A stretch of DNA of 64,000 nucleotides. Source: Macrostomum hystrix (taxonomy: Eukaryota; Animalia; Platyhelminthes). Positions 1-12,062 of this stretch are shown here, piece by piece. Numbering within the stretch: position 1 is the stretch's first letter; the number at the start of each line of letters is the position of its first letter. Position numbers and translations under genes: made by a program. Location: the NCBI GenBank assembly GCA_950097015.1, contig CATNEN010000029.1, forward strand, positions 8,628,684-8,692,683, read 5' to 3'. The notes beneath the pieces are model-generated. The model saw only the letters and a list, made by a program, of their open reading frames with translations. It was not told the DNA's origin and made no database searches.

Positions 1-170
1 AGGGGAGAGATTTGACAGGGGAGAGATTTGACAGGGGAGAGATTTGACAGGGGAGAGATTTTACAGGGGAGAGATTTGACAGGGGAGAGATTTTACAGGG
101 GAGAGATTTGACAGGGGGAGAGATTTGACAGGGGAGAGATTTGACAGGGGAGAGATGAGACAGGAGGAGA
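1..170. repeat. G-rich ~18-19 bp minisatellite (GACAGGGGAGAGATTT-type), runs off the left edge
   Basis: Tandem units visible directly; the unit resembles the internal repeat of the hAT MITE at 12894-13390. Confidence 0.9.
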
Positions 171-2568
171 TGAGGGAGTCAAGAGTAGATGTTGGAAGGG
201 GCGAATGGGGCCGGAGCGGGCCATATATGGCCTTGTCCTGCAAGGCCTGTTGTTTACAGGCAAATGGTACATATTAAAGTAAATTATACTCGTATAGAAT
301 CACCGAGATTTTAAACAAGGGATAAGAAACTCTTTGATTTTGCACTTTAGCCAAGCTTTAGCCTTCTTCAAAAACACCTGTCAGTTTCCAGTTGCTTTGT
401 CTGAGCCAGCCCTAGTCCGTCTGCACTGATAGGCACACAACATTGCGCAGAGGCGGGTCCGCCCACATCCCCATATGTCATGTCAAAATCGAAGTTGCTA
501 GAACCCCAAATCATTCGCTCCAATTGATCGGAGCCGAACCGCCCACGCTGTTATTTGCGCCCCTATCCGAAAATTCAGATTGGATTTGCAACTATGCGCA
601 CGTGGATTATAGGCTATTTAGTTAATTTTAGCTGGCAGCTCTAGGCCATAGACAACGATTTAGAGTGCCGGTTGTAGACTACAAAATAAGAGAAATTGTT
701 TAATAACGATCTAAATTTTTCCTTAACATGGAATCCGTAGTCTATGGCAAATAGTCGTAACTTTTTAAGAAAATTCTATATATCGTTTAATGCTCCTGGA
801 TCGTATTATGCGATTTAGCATACTTCTATTTACCTTTATGCATCTAAAAAACACGTGGACAGTACAGTTATCTAAGCTGTGGAAAATGGAAAAATAAACC
901 ACAACAACTAGACGAAGAAAGGACAAATGAAGGTTTCTGTCTGTGAGAATGAATGCGCTTGTGCGTGTGTGGAAAAAGGGAGCATAAGGAAAACGGAAAT
1001 TAAGAGGGAAGTTCCTTGTAATTTAGCTAATATCCTGTAACTAGCTCGTATGTGTATGTATTTGATTATTGTTCCCCCTGTCCTTGATTTAGAATTTTTT
1101 AAACTTCCCCAAACTTAAGTGAAATATCTATGCTTCCATCGGTGCCTTAGTATTTTTCAATCTTAGACTTCAAAATAAAACTAGCAAAAAATAAACGAAT
1201 GCTCATTTTTCAATGAGTACTTTGTTCACATAACGGATAATTTTAATTATAATTCAAATATTCAAATAATTCAAAAAATTCAAATTATAATTTGAATGAG
1301 TGAGCTAGTCAAGTCGTAGAATATGTTTAAAAAATAAGGCTGATAAAAATGATTCCACAACTTTGCGCTTTACACGTGTTATCAAGAGAAGCCCATATTA
1401 ATTTAACGCACTTATTTTTTTCTGATGTATGTACATAGGCCCCGCCCCACCAGTCCCTCTACCCTGTCTAACTCGTCAATGAAGTTTAGTTGGGGTGGTG
1501 GGTGCACGAGCGGCGCCGGGTTTGGGGTGGTGGGCCGGAGTGGGGGGGTCAGCAGAGTGCAAGCCGATTATATATGGAATGTGTTGGGCCATGTCACATA
1601 TTAGAGAGGGGTTTCATTGAAACGGGGGACCCCCTTGTCCAAGTCCCTAGCCTTAGTGCTCTGAATAAGTATAGATTGCATGAAATGTAGAACGATTGCA
1701 CTGACTGCAGTTGGCGTGGGTGGTTGGGGGGATTGCCCGGAAAAGGGCCCTAACTAAACTTTTTCTTTTCCACGCTGTCTCACGCGGCATCAGTACATTT
1801 TAGGTGCATTTTTAGGCTTAGTTAGTTTTCCTTTCTTCATTCTTTCTTCTATTACTAAGAGAGTCATTTAGGCAATCCAAGCAACACGAACTCAACTTTT
1901 ATAACGGCATAACTTGCCCCCCGGCGGTTTAACTCTTGGCTGAAGAATTATCAACGATTCGGCCAGCTGGCTTTTTAATTATAAAAGTTGCCGCCATTTA
2001 CAGCCAACTTCGGCATCATCAAAGACTTGCTGCTTACCATCGCTCTATCTGTGTGTGCACCTTCGATTGCACCCAATATAGAGTTAGATAGAGGAGATCG
2101 CAAGTTACGATTGTCCTGGGAAACTTCTCGAAGAATATTCGTAAACCGAACATGACCCTGTCCTGACCTAGCAGCTGGGTCATGACCTGTCCTTCTATAG
2201 CAGCTTATTGTATTAGAGTCAAACGAGTCAGTTCCTAAAAATAAGACCCAACTGTTGCAAATAACCTCATTTGTTAAGCCCTCCTATATAGACTATTCTA
2301 TATGAAATTGCCAAGAGATCTAAAAGGCATAAACAATTTCTAATATATTTCATATTCGTATTTATGAACATGTTGTGGAGCATCATAATCTTTAACGGCG
2401 CTGTTCAGTGTGACTTTCATTAGATATCGCACTAGATTCGTGGCTAATTATAGAACCACTGAAGCTATTTTCGAACATTAAAATAGCTGATTTATAACTA
2501 TTATTTATTAGGGATTGTTTCATATCTACTTGTTCTTTTGTCACGACCGCTCACTTAAGAAATGGAGA

Positions 2569-3738
2569 GAGAATGCTGCTCATTGTGGTGACCATGATAC
2601 AGAGAATGCTGCTCATTGTGGTGACCATGATACAGAGAATGCTGCTCATTGTGGTGACCATGATACAGAGAATGCTGCTCATTGTGGTGACCATGATACA
2701 GAGAATGCTGCTCATTGTGGTGACCATGATACAGAGAATGCTGCTCATTGTGGTGACCATGATACAGAGAATGCTGCTCATTGTGGTGACCATGATACAG
2801 AGAATGCTGCTCATTGTGGTGACCATGATACAGAGAATGCTGCTCATTGTGGTGACCATGATACAGAGAATGCTGCTCATTGTGGTGACCATGATACAGA
2901 GAATGCTGCTCATTGTGGTGACCATGATACAGAGAATGCTGCTCATTGTGGTGACCATGATACAGAGAATGCTGCTCATTGTGGTGACCATGATACAGAG
3001 AATGCTGCTCATTGTGGTGACCATGATACAGAGAATGCTGCTCATTGTGGTGACCATGATACAGAGAATGCTGCTCATTGTGGTGACCATGATACAGAGA
3101 ATGCTGCTCATTGTGGTGACCATGATACAGAGAATGCTGCTCATTGTGGTGACCATGATACAGAGAATGCTGCTCATTGTGGTGACCATGATACAGAGAA
3201 TGCTGCTCATTGTGGTGACCATGATACAGAGAATGCTGCTCATTGTGGTGACCATGATACAGAGAATGCTGCTCATTGTGGTGACCATGATACAGAGAAT
3301 GCTGCTCATTGTGGTGACCATGATACAGAGAATGCTGCTCATTGTGGTGACCATGATACAGAGAATGCTGCTCATTGTGGTGACCATGATACAGAGAATG
3401 CTGCTCATTGTGGTGACCATGATACAGAGAATGCTGCTCATTGTGGTGACCATGATACAGAGAATGCTGCTCATTGTGGTGACCATGATACAGAGAATGC
3501 TGCTCATTGTGGTGACCATGATACAGAGAATGCTGCTCATTGTGGTGACCATGATACAGAGAATGCTGCTCATTGTGGTGACCATGATACAGAGAATGCT
3601 GCTCATTGTGGTGACCATGATACAGAGAATGCTGCTCATTGTGGTGACCATGATACAGAGAATGCTGCTCATTGTGGTGACCATGATACAGAGAATGCTG
3701 CTCATTGTGGTGACCATGATACAGAGAATGCTGCTCAT
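2569..3738. repeat. 33-bp tandem array, ~35 copies
   Basis: Unit GAGAATGCTGCTCATTGTGGTGACCATGATACA; no variant units seen by eye; explains four spurious ~400-aa ORFs. Confidence 0.98.
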
Positions 3739-3868
3739 GTGGTGACAAGTCAGAAGTGTCAGGCACTGGCAACAAGCTCTCTTATGTTACGCTCGTATAA
3801 AATAAAAGAAATAAAAAAACGAAATAGTTAAAAACATTAAAGCTTCACTTTAAACCTCTCCTCTCAAG

Positions 3869-6800
3869 GTGCATCTGAGGTCGCGCTTCATCCTAAACGG
3901 AGTCTGCGTGCTCTGGCAAGGCTTCATTGACACCCACAGCCTGAGCGGCCGCGGTCGAATTCTTTTTGATGCCGACAGGGCGGAGGTGGGACTGCTTGCG
4001 CTTCTCCCATAGACTCCACTGCCCTTAGATTCCACTTCCTTTAGATTCCACTTCCCTTAGACTCCACTTCCCTTAGACTCCACTTCCCTTAGACTCCACT
4101 TCCCTTAGACTCCACTTCCCTTAGATTCCACTTCCTTTAGACTCCACTTCCCTTAGAGTCCACTTCCCTTAGACTCCACTTCCCTTAGACTCCACTTCCC
4201 TTAGACTCCACTTCCCTTAGACTCCACTTCCTTTAGATTCCACTTCCTTTAGATTCCACTTCCCTTAGACTCCACTTCCCTTAGACTCCACTTCCTTTAG
4301 ATTCCACTTCCTTTAGATTCCACTTCCCTTAGATTCCACTTCCTTTAGACTCCACTTCCCTTAGAGTCCACTTCCCTTAGACTCCACTTCCCTTAGACTC
4401 CACTTCCCTTAGATTCCACTTCCCTTAGATTCCACTTCCCTTAGATTCCACTTCCCTTAGATTCCACTTCCTTTAGACTCCACTTCCCTTAGATTCCACT
4501 TCCTTTAGACTCCACTTCCCTTAGACTCCACTTCCCTTAGACTCCACTTCCCTTAGATTCCACTTCCCTTAGAGTCCACTTCCCTTAGATTCCACTTCCT
4601 TTAGACTCCACTTCCCTTAGATTCCACTTCCCTTAGACTCCACTTCCCTTAGACTCCACTTCCCTTAGATTCCACTTCCCTTAGATTCCACTTCCCTTAG
4701 ATTCCACTTCCCTTAGATTCCACTTCCTTTAGACTCCACTTCCCTTAGATTCCACTTCCCTTAGATTCCACTTCCCTTAGATTCCACTTCCCTTAGATTC
4801 CACTTCCCTTAGATTCCACTTCCCTTAGACTCCACTTCCCTTAGACTCCACTTCCCTTAGACTCAACTTCCTATAGACTCCACTTCCTATACACTCAACT
4901 TCCTATAGACTCCACTTCCCTTAGACTCCACTTCCCTTAGATTCCACTTCCCTTAGACTCCACTTCCCTTAGACTCCACTTCCCTTAGACTCAACTTCCT
5001 ATAGACTCCACTTCCTATACACTCAACTTCCCTTAGACTCCACTTCCCTTAGAGTCCACTTCCCTTAGACTCCACTTCCTTTAGATTCCACTTCCCTTAG
5101 ACTCCACTTCCCTTAGACTCAACTTCCTATAGACTCCACTTCCTATACACTCAACTTCCCTTAGACTCCACTTCCCTTAGAGTCCACTTCCCTTAGACTC
5201 CACTTCCTTTAGATTCCACTTCCCTTAGACTCCACTTCCCTTAGACTCAACTTCCTATAGACTCCACTTCCTATACACTCAACTTCCTATAGACTCCACT
5301 TCCCTTAGACTCAACTTCCTATAGACTCCACTTCCTATACACTCAACTTCCTTTAGACTCCACTTCCCTTAGACTCCACTTCCCTTAGACTCCACTTCCC
5401 TTAGATTCCACTTCCCTTAGAGTCCACTTCCCTTAGATTCCACTTCCCTTAGACTCCACTTCCCTTAGACTCCACTTCCCTTAGACTCCACTTCCCTTAG
5501 ATTCCACTTCCTTTAGACTCCACTTCCCTTAGAGTCCACTTCCCTTAGACTCCACTTCCCTTAGACTCCACTTCCCTTAGACTCCACTTCCCTTAGACTC
5601 CACTTCCCTTAGATTCCACTTCCCTTAGAGTCCACTTCCCTTAGATTCCACTTCCCTTAGATTCCACTTCCTTTAGACTCCACTTCCCTTAGATTCCACT
5701 TCCCTTAGACTCCACTTCCCTTAGACTCCACTTCCCTTAGATTCCACTTCCCTTAGATTCCACTTCCCTTAGATTCCACTTCCCTTAGATTCCACTTCCC
5801 TTAGATTCCACTTCCTTTAGACTCCACTTCCCTTAGATTCCACTTCCCTTAGACTCCACTTCCCTTAGACTCCACTTCCCTTAGATTCCACTTCCCTTAG
5901 ATTCCACTTCCCTTAGATTCCACTTCCCTTAGATTCCACTTCCTTTAGACTCCACTTCCCTTAGATTCCACTTCCTTTAGACTCCACTTCCCTTAGAGTC
6001 CACTTCCCTTAGACTCCACTTCCCTTAGACTCCACTTCCCTTAGACTCCACTTCCCTTAGACTCCACTTCCCTTAGATTCCACTTCCCTTAGAGTCCACT
6101 TCCCTTAGATTCCACTTCCTTTAGACTCCACTTCCCTTAGATTCCACTTCCCTTAGACTCCACTTCCCTTAGATTCCACTTCCCTTAGATTCCACTTCCC
6201 TTAGAGTCCACTTCCCTTAGACTCCACTTCCCTTAGACTCCACTTCCCTTAGACTCCACTTCCCTTAGATTCCACTTCCCTTAGATTCCACTTCCCTTAG
6301 ATTCCACTTCCCTTAGATTCCACTTCCTTTAGACTCCACTTCCCTTAGATTCCACTTCCCTTAGATTCCACTTCCCTTAGATTCCACTTCCCTTAGATTC
6401 CACTTCCCTTAGATTCCACTTCCCTTAGACTCCACTTCCCTTAGACTCCACTTCCCTTAGACTCAACTTCCTATAGACTCCACTTCCTATACACTCAACT
6501 TCCTATAGACTCCACTTCCCTTAGACTCCACTTCCCTTAGATTCCACTTCCCTTAGACTCCACTTCCCTTAGACTCCACTTCCCTTAGACTCAACTTCCT
6601 ATAGACTCCACTTCCTATACACTCAACTTCCCTTAGACTCCACTTCCCTTAGAGTCCACTTCCCTTAGATTCCACTTCCTTTAGATTCCACTTCCCTTAG
6701 ACTCCACTTCCCTTAGACTCAACTTCCTATAGACTCCACTTCCTATACACTCAACTTCCCTTAGACTCCACTTCCCTTAGAGTCCACTTCCCTTAGACTC

Positions 6801-7764
6801 CACTTCCTTTAGATTCCACTTCCCTTAGACTCCACTTCCCTTAGACTCAACTTCCTATAGACTCCACTTCCTATACACTCAACTTCCTATAGACTCCACT
6901 TCCCTTAGACTCCACTTCCCTTAGATTCCACTTCCCTTAGACTCCACTTCCCTTAGACTCCACTTCCCTTAGACTCAACTTCCTATAGACTCCACTTCCT
7001 ATACACTCAACTTCCCTTAGACTCCACTTCCCTTAGAGTCCACTTCCCTTAGACTCCACTTCCTTTAGATTCCACTTCCCTTAGACTCCACTTCCCTTAG
7101 ACTGAACTCCCCTTAGACTCCACTTCCCTTAGATTTCACTTCCCTTAGACTCCACTTCCCTTAGACTCCACTTCCCTTAGACTCCACTTCCCTTAGACTC
7201 CACTTCCCTTAGACTCCACTTCCCTTAGACTCCACTTCCCTTAGACTCCACTTCCCTTAGACTCCACTTCCCTTAGACACCACTTCCCTTAGACTCCACT
7301 TCCCTTAGACTCCACTTCCCTTAGACTCCACTTCCCATAGACTCAACTTCCCTTAGACTCCAGTTTCTATGGAGTCTTCCTAAATAGTCCATCTCATTTT
7401 CATGTTAAAAAGTCGAACTTAGCAACAAAAATGCTCATTGCAGTTGGAGAGCCAAATTCTGAGGGACCAGCTGATGGAATACCACCGCTTGCACGGCGGC
7501 TATGCTGCAGGCGGTGGCTCTGCTGCTGCTGCGCCGGAACAGGAAACAGCAACAGGCTGGGCCGAGTGTGCCGCAGCCTCCGCCCTGTTGTCTCATCGTC
7601 AATCGTCCTGGCCCTATCATAATCTCGGCGGTGTGGAGTCACCGCCACTGCCGCCAGGGCCACCGCCGCCGACTCCGCTGCAGCAGCCGCACCCGACGTA
7701 TCACCCTCTGTCGGAGTCGCCGCGCGGCGGAGCCTCCGGTTCCGAGGACACGGCCGACAGTTGA
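3869..7764 (+). CDS. CBFB: Core-binding factor beta (Brother/Big brother-like), last two coding exons; 5' exons not located
   Basis: Exon 3869-3985 (ctcaag|GTG...GAG|gtggga) encodes VHLRSRFILNGVCVLWQGFIDTHSLSGRGRILFDADRAE, matching human CBFB VYLKAPMILNGVCVIWKGWIDLQRLDGMGCLEFDEERAQ. It joins in phase 0 to exon 7444-7764 (tgcag|TTG; LESQILRDQLMEYHRL...stop). Confidence 0.88.
4010..7368. repeat. 16-bp minisatellite (~210 copies) filling the CBFB intron
   Basis: Unit ACTCCACTTCCCTTAG with variants ATTCC, AGTCC, CTTTAG and ACTCAACTTCCTATAG. Confidence 0.98.
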
Positions 7765-8479
7765 TTCCTAATGGAACTCGCCGCTTGCCATATGGAATGT
7801 GTCCATTACTTTGAACCGGAACTCCTGAGTCCTGTGTTGTCGCTTTGGTGCACACCAAAATTGGCCCCTACAAACTAAGTTGACCAGCCATTTAAAAGCT
7901 ACAACCTATCGTTAACTGGGCTATAGCAGCTGTAGCCGACACTGTGTCCATTCCTGTGACAATTTAATGTTTGTTTGTACTTTTTTCGTCAACCCTTTTT
8001 GCCACGTTGTCAGTTTCACCCTGCCCTTGCCCTTGCAGTTGAAAATCTGTTTCAGGCGATAATTGTGAGTAATCTAAGCATTGTCTTCGTGTTTGTAATG
8101 GTCAGACTGCGCAAAATTTGCTTCGTTGTTCAGTTGCAAGTTGTTCTCATACACGCATGCTGGTTTTATCCCACCAGAGATTCAGTTTGAATGCTTCTCC
8201 CTTGCAGAAAAGTTTTTTATTTCTTCCTTTGTTTTCTCTATCTACTCGTATAAATAGCTCTAGACCTACTCACATTTAGTTAGATTGAGAGGTCGAAGTA
8301 ACAGAAGAATAAAAGTACATTGATATTTTACCTGCGCGCCGGCGATTATACTATAGTGCAGAGCCAAGGACTTTTCCGATTCGATCATTCTGTCTGGAGA
8401 GCTTGTAAAGAAAGGTTAAATCTTTGTTTTGTTGTCTCTGTTCTTGTTTGAGATGGTGCAACCAGAGATTAGGCATCAC

Positions 8480-8710
8480 GGGTAGAAGATACAGGGCAGA
8501 AGATTCGGGGCAGAAAATACAGCGACAGAAGATACAGGGCAGAAGATTCGGGGCAGAAGATTCGGGGCAGAAAATACAGCGACAGAAGATACAGGGGCAG
8601 AAGATACAAGGCAGAATACAAGGCAAGGCAGGATTGTAGAATTGTAGGATTGTAGGATTATAGGATTGCAGGATGCAGTATTGTAGGATTGTAGGATTGT
8701 AGGATTGTGG
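8480..8710. repeat. Compound short repeats (GGGGCAGAAGAT-type followed by 8-bp GATTGTAG units)
   Basis: Visible degenerate tandem units. Confidence 0.8.
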
Positions 8711-9164
8711 CATGCATGTCGGTATTGGAAGGGCGACGGAGTCTGAGCAATCGAGAAAGTTGCGGTTAACTTTGCCACGAGCAGGACTGCGAAAAAAGTT
8801 GTTTTTTTACAGCGTTAGGCTGCAGTCGGCAAAAATTGCTTTGAAGGAAAGCAGAAAATATACTGCGGAGCCATCGTTATAACTGCCCACCTGCAGCTCA
8901 CAGACTTCAGGCTTCGCCAGGAATAATCAAAAAGCACCAGCTGCAGAATTATCCGATTCCAGCAGCAAGACTCTCTTCAATACTTGATGGAGATGTACTT
9001 TTTCTATCTGATATTACGAAATAAACTCAGTACAACAATCGAGAAATCAGGTGGCAATGTGTTCTCATTTATCGAATGAGTCTGGTAATTGTTGCCGCCG
9101 GTATCCCAATCTTTCGGACTCTGTTTACGGAAAATCTAATAAATCAGCGAACTTTTGCGTGACT

Positions 9165-10140
9165 TAAGAGAATCGCCGATCTACAAGAGTCTGTCACCGA
9201 AGAGAATCGCCGATCTACAAGAGTCTGTGACGGAAGAGAATCGCTGATCTACAAGATTCTCTGACGGAAGAGAATCGCCGATCGACAAGAGTCTCTGACG
9301 GAAGAGAATCGCTGATCTACAAAAGTCTGTGACGGAAGAGAATCGCTGATCTACAAGAGTCTGTGACGGAAGAGAATCGCTGATCTACAAGAGTCTGTGA
9401 CGGAAGAGAATCGCTGATCTACAAGAGTCTGTGACGGAAGAGAATCGCCGATCTACGAGAGTCTGTGACCGAAGAGAATCGCTGATCTACAAGAGTCTGT
9501 GACGGAAGAGAATCGCTGATCTACGAGAGTCTGTGACGGAAGAGAATCGCTGATCTACAAGAGTCTGTGACGGAAGAGAATCGCTGATCTACAAGAGTCT
9601 GTGACGGAAGAGAATCGCCGATCTACGAGAGTCTGTGACGGAAGAGAATCGCTGATCTACAAGAGTCTGTGACGGAAGAGAATCGCTGATCTACGAGAGT
9701 CTGTGACGGAAGAGAATCGCCGATCTACAAGAATCTGTGACGGAAGAGAATCGCTGATCTACGAGAGTCTGTGACGGAAGAGAATCGCTGATCTACGAGA
9801 GTCTGTGACGGAAGAGAATCGCTGATCTACGAGAGTCTGTGACGGAAGAGAATCGCTGATCTACGAGAGTCTGTGACGGAAGAGAATCGCTGATCTACGA
9901 GAGTCTGTGACGGAAGAGAATCGCCGATCTACGAGAGTCTGTGACCGAAGAGAATCGCTGATCTACGAGAGTCTGTGACGGAAGAGAATCGCTGATCTAC
10001 GAGAGTCTGTGACGGAAGAGAATCGCCGATCTACGAGAGTCTGTGACGGAAGAGAATCGCCGATCTACAAGAGTTTGTGACGGAAGAGAATCGCCTATTT
10101 ACGAAAGTCTGTCACCGAAGAGAATCGCTGATCTACGGTT
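9165..10140. repeat. 34-bp minisatellite, ~28 copies
   Basis: Unit CTGTGACGGAAGAGAATCGCTGATCTACAAGAGT. Confidence 0.96.
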
Positions 10141-10321
10141 TGAATAAAAGACAAGAAAAATGCAGGAAATACAGTAGAACTACCAGGGGGGACTTTTTGT
10201 ACTGCACCCGGACGGAGCAACGCAAGCACACGAAACTCAAGAACACGGGCCAACTTTTTGTTGCAAATTTTCTAAAACAATAATCAAGTCGCCAGCTCTT
10301 CAGACCATCGAGATATTCAAT

Positions 10322-10670
10322 GGTTCTGGCCGAGGGTCTGATTTTTCCCATAAGCGCTAGTGTATTTCATACACCCCTATACACGATGCGAATTAGCACT
10401 GCGTCTTAGTGCGGCCTTGCCAAGCCTTCAAAATTTATCTGCATGTCACCCGAATGTGCCCCGCATTATTTCCGTCTTCGGTGGTCACCTACCTTTATCT
10501 AGACGGACTGCTGGACCTTCAAGGGCTACAACAGGTGGAACTAGGCCACTATGGACACCCTGACGCGAATTTCTACAATTTCACTGATCAAGCCTAAATA
10601 TTAGGCGCAGCTCAACCACAGGACACCATCGCCTAGTCTGTCAACCAATCAGTCACCATCCAACGCTGTT
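10322..10670. repeat. ~350-bp dispersed repeat, copy 1 (unclassified)
   Basis: Closely matches the reverse complement of 34288-34640. Confidence 0.85.
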
Positions 10671-11384
10671 AGCATTCAGGCGCTGCCTTTTTTCAAACTT
10701 TGTCTGAAATTAATTTGGGGAAATCCACCCTTGGTATAAAAACGGGCAGCGAAATAGCTTTTAGTCCTATTGTTAAAAATTCGGCACCTGTAGTAAAAGA
10801 GGCGAACTACAGTATAGAAACGCCTGAGAAATGCCTATAGCGTTTCTACACCTGGACAAGCATTTCCTCACTAACTTCTCCAACTTTTCCAGACGACTAA
10901 CAGGTAACTTAAAACAGTGAATCACACGCGTCTGAATATGCCATATTTGTGTGCTGTTGAAGCAGGAAATCTGCGAATATGACGGCCAGTTAGGTTAGCT
11001 ACTGGACTAGCGACCCGACGGACCGGGAATCCGCGTACGGCACAGAGACAGCATTTTACTTTGTAGTGTTTTTTACAAGTTGGAGTAAGTAATTAATTAA
11101 GCTGTGCTTTTTTATTTTTGCATATAGATTTGTGCTAGGAAAAGGCTTCGTAATATAACACGCCATTGTTTTGTTTCACTAAATGTTAACTGGTAACATT
11201 GTTCTACTAAGTGCTTCCGTACAGTAATCAAGTGTATGAGCGTATCCGTCTGACGCTCATGAACCGTAATTTCACAATCAACCGATGTTCCGTATTAGAT
11301 GTGTGTTATTGCACATGCATAAAGCATTGCACATGGGGTTTTACATGCAATTCAGTTTGATTAGATGATGTACGAGCTAAAAAA

Positions 11385-11700
11385 CCTTCAGAGGGTTGTC
11401 GGACTCACGACTTAAGGGTCGGGGGTTCGATTCCCAACTCCACTGGAACAATATGCGTCCTTTAACAAGACACTTCATTCTTGCATTCCTTCAGTTCATC
11501 TTTAATGATAAATGGTAAATGGGTGCCAGCATCAGCGGGGGTAATTGAGGGCGGGTGTGGCGTCCCCCCAGTCCATAGTTTGAACAGCCGTTCGCAGCAT
11601 TTAGATGCGCCGCGCAATAGCTGCGGCTGTGCAGTCGGCTGCACGTCTGGCCCTATTGGGGGCAGGTGCAATCAGTTAATACTCGTATTTTTAATAAATT
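11385..11700 (+). mobile_element. tRNA-derived SINE, family A (5' head partly missing)
   Basis: B box GGTTCGATTCC; CORE-like GTCCTTTAACAAGACACTTCA; 3' region shared with 13797-14020. Confidence 0.75.
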
Positions 11701-12062
11701 TTTATACATGATTTTCCGGATCGAAAAGATTCACGAAAGATTCAACAGCTCCTGATTTCGTGCAAGGACTAACCAAGTAGAAGGACCCAGGACTCGCCGT
11801 TCGTGGAAAAATTGTCAGAGGATGTTAAAAATGAAACAAGGGTTGCGTTGTCTATGATGAGATGAGATGAGATCAAACAACACAGTGGCAAAATCCAAGC
11901 ATTTCAGGCCGATTTTCGAGTTGTCTATGGCCAAAAGTATGACCATAGAGCAATCGATTTGATCCTTCGGACACGCATTTAGTCCCGCCCCATAGATTTA
12001 ATATACCACTCTGTACGGTATATAAACAGAAACGGAACTGTGGCTTCGGCTTTGTCCCTTTT

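Noticed and set aside
443-625. ORF with HVDY as a candidate CBFB exon 3
   Set aside because: Similarity is too weak and there is no phase-0 donor at the expected position
1930-2150. Open frame ending NIELDRGDRK as a candidate CBFB exon 3
   Set aside because: It resembles YVDLEREAGK only loosely and the available GT gives the wrong phase for the 3869 acceptor
2515-3831. Four ~400-aa ORFs over the 33-bp array
   Set aside because: They arise because the unit length is a multiple of 3 and lacks stops in those frames; no independent coding evidence
11881-11910. CACAGTG terminus as a RAG/Transib recombination signal
   Set aside because: No nonamer at 12 or 23 nt spacing, no 5-bp TSD, and the internal ORF is IS630/Tc1-type
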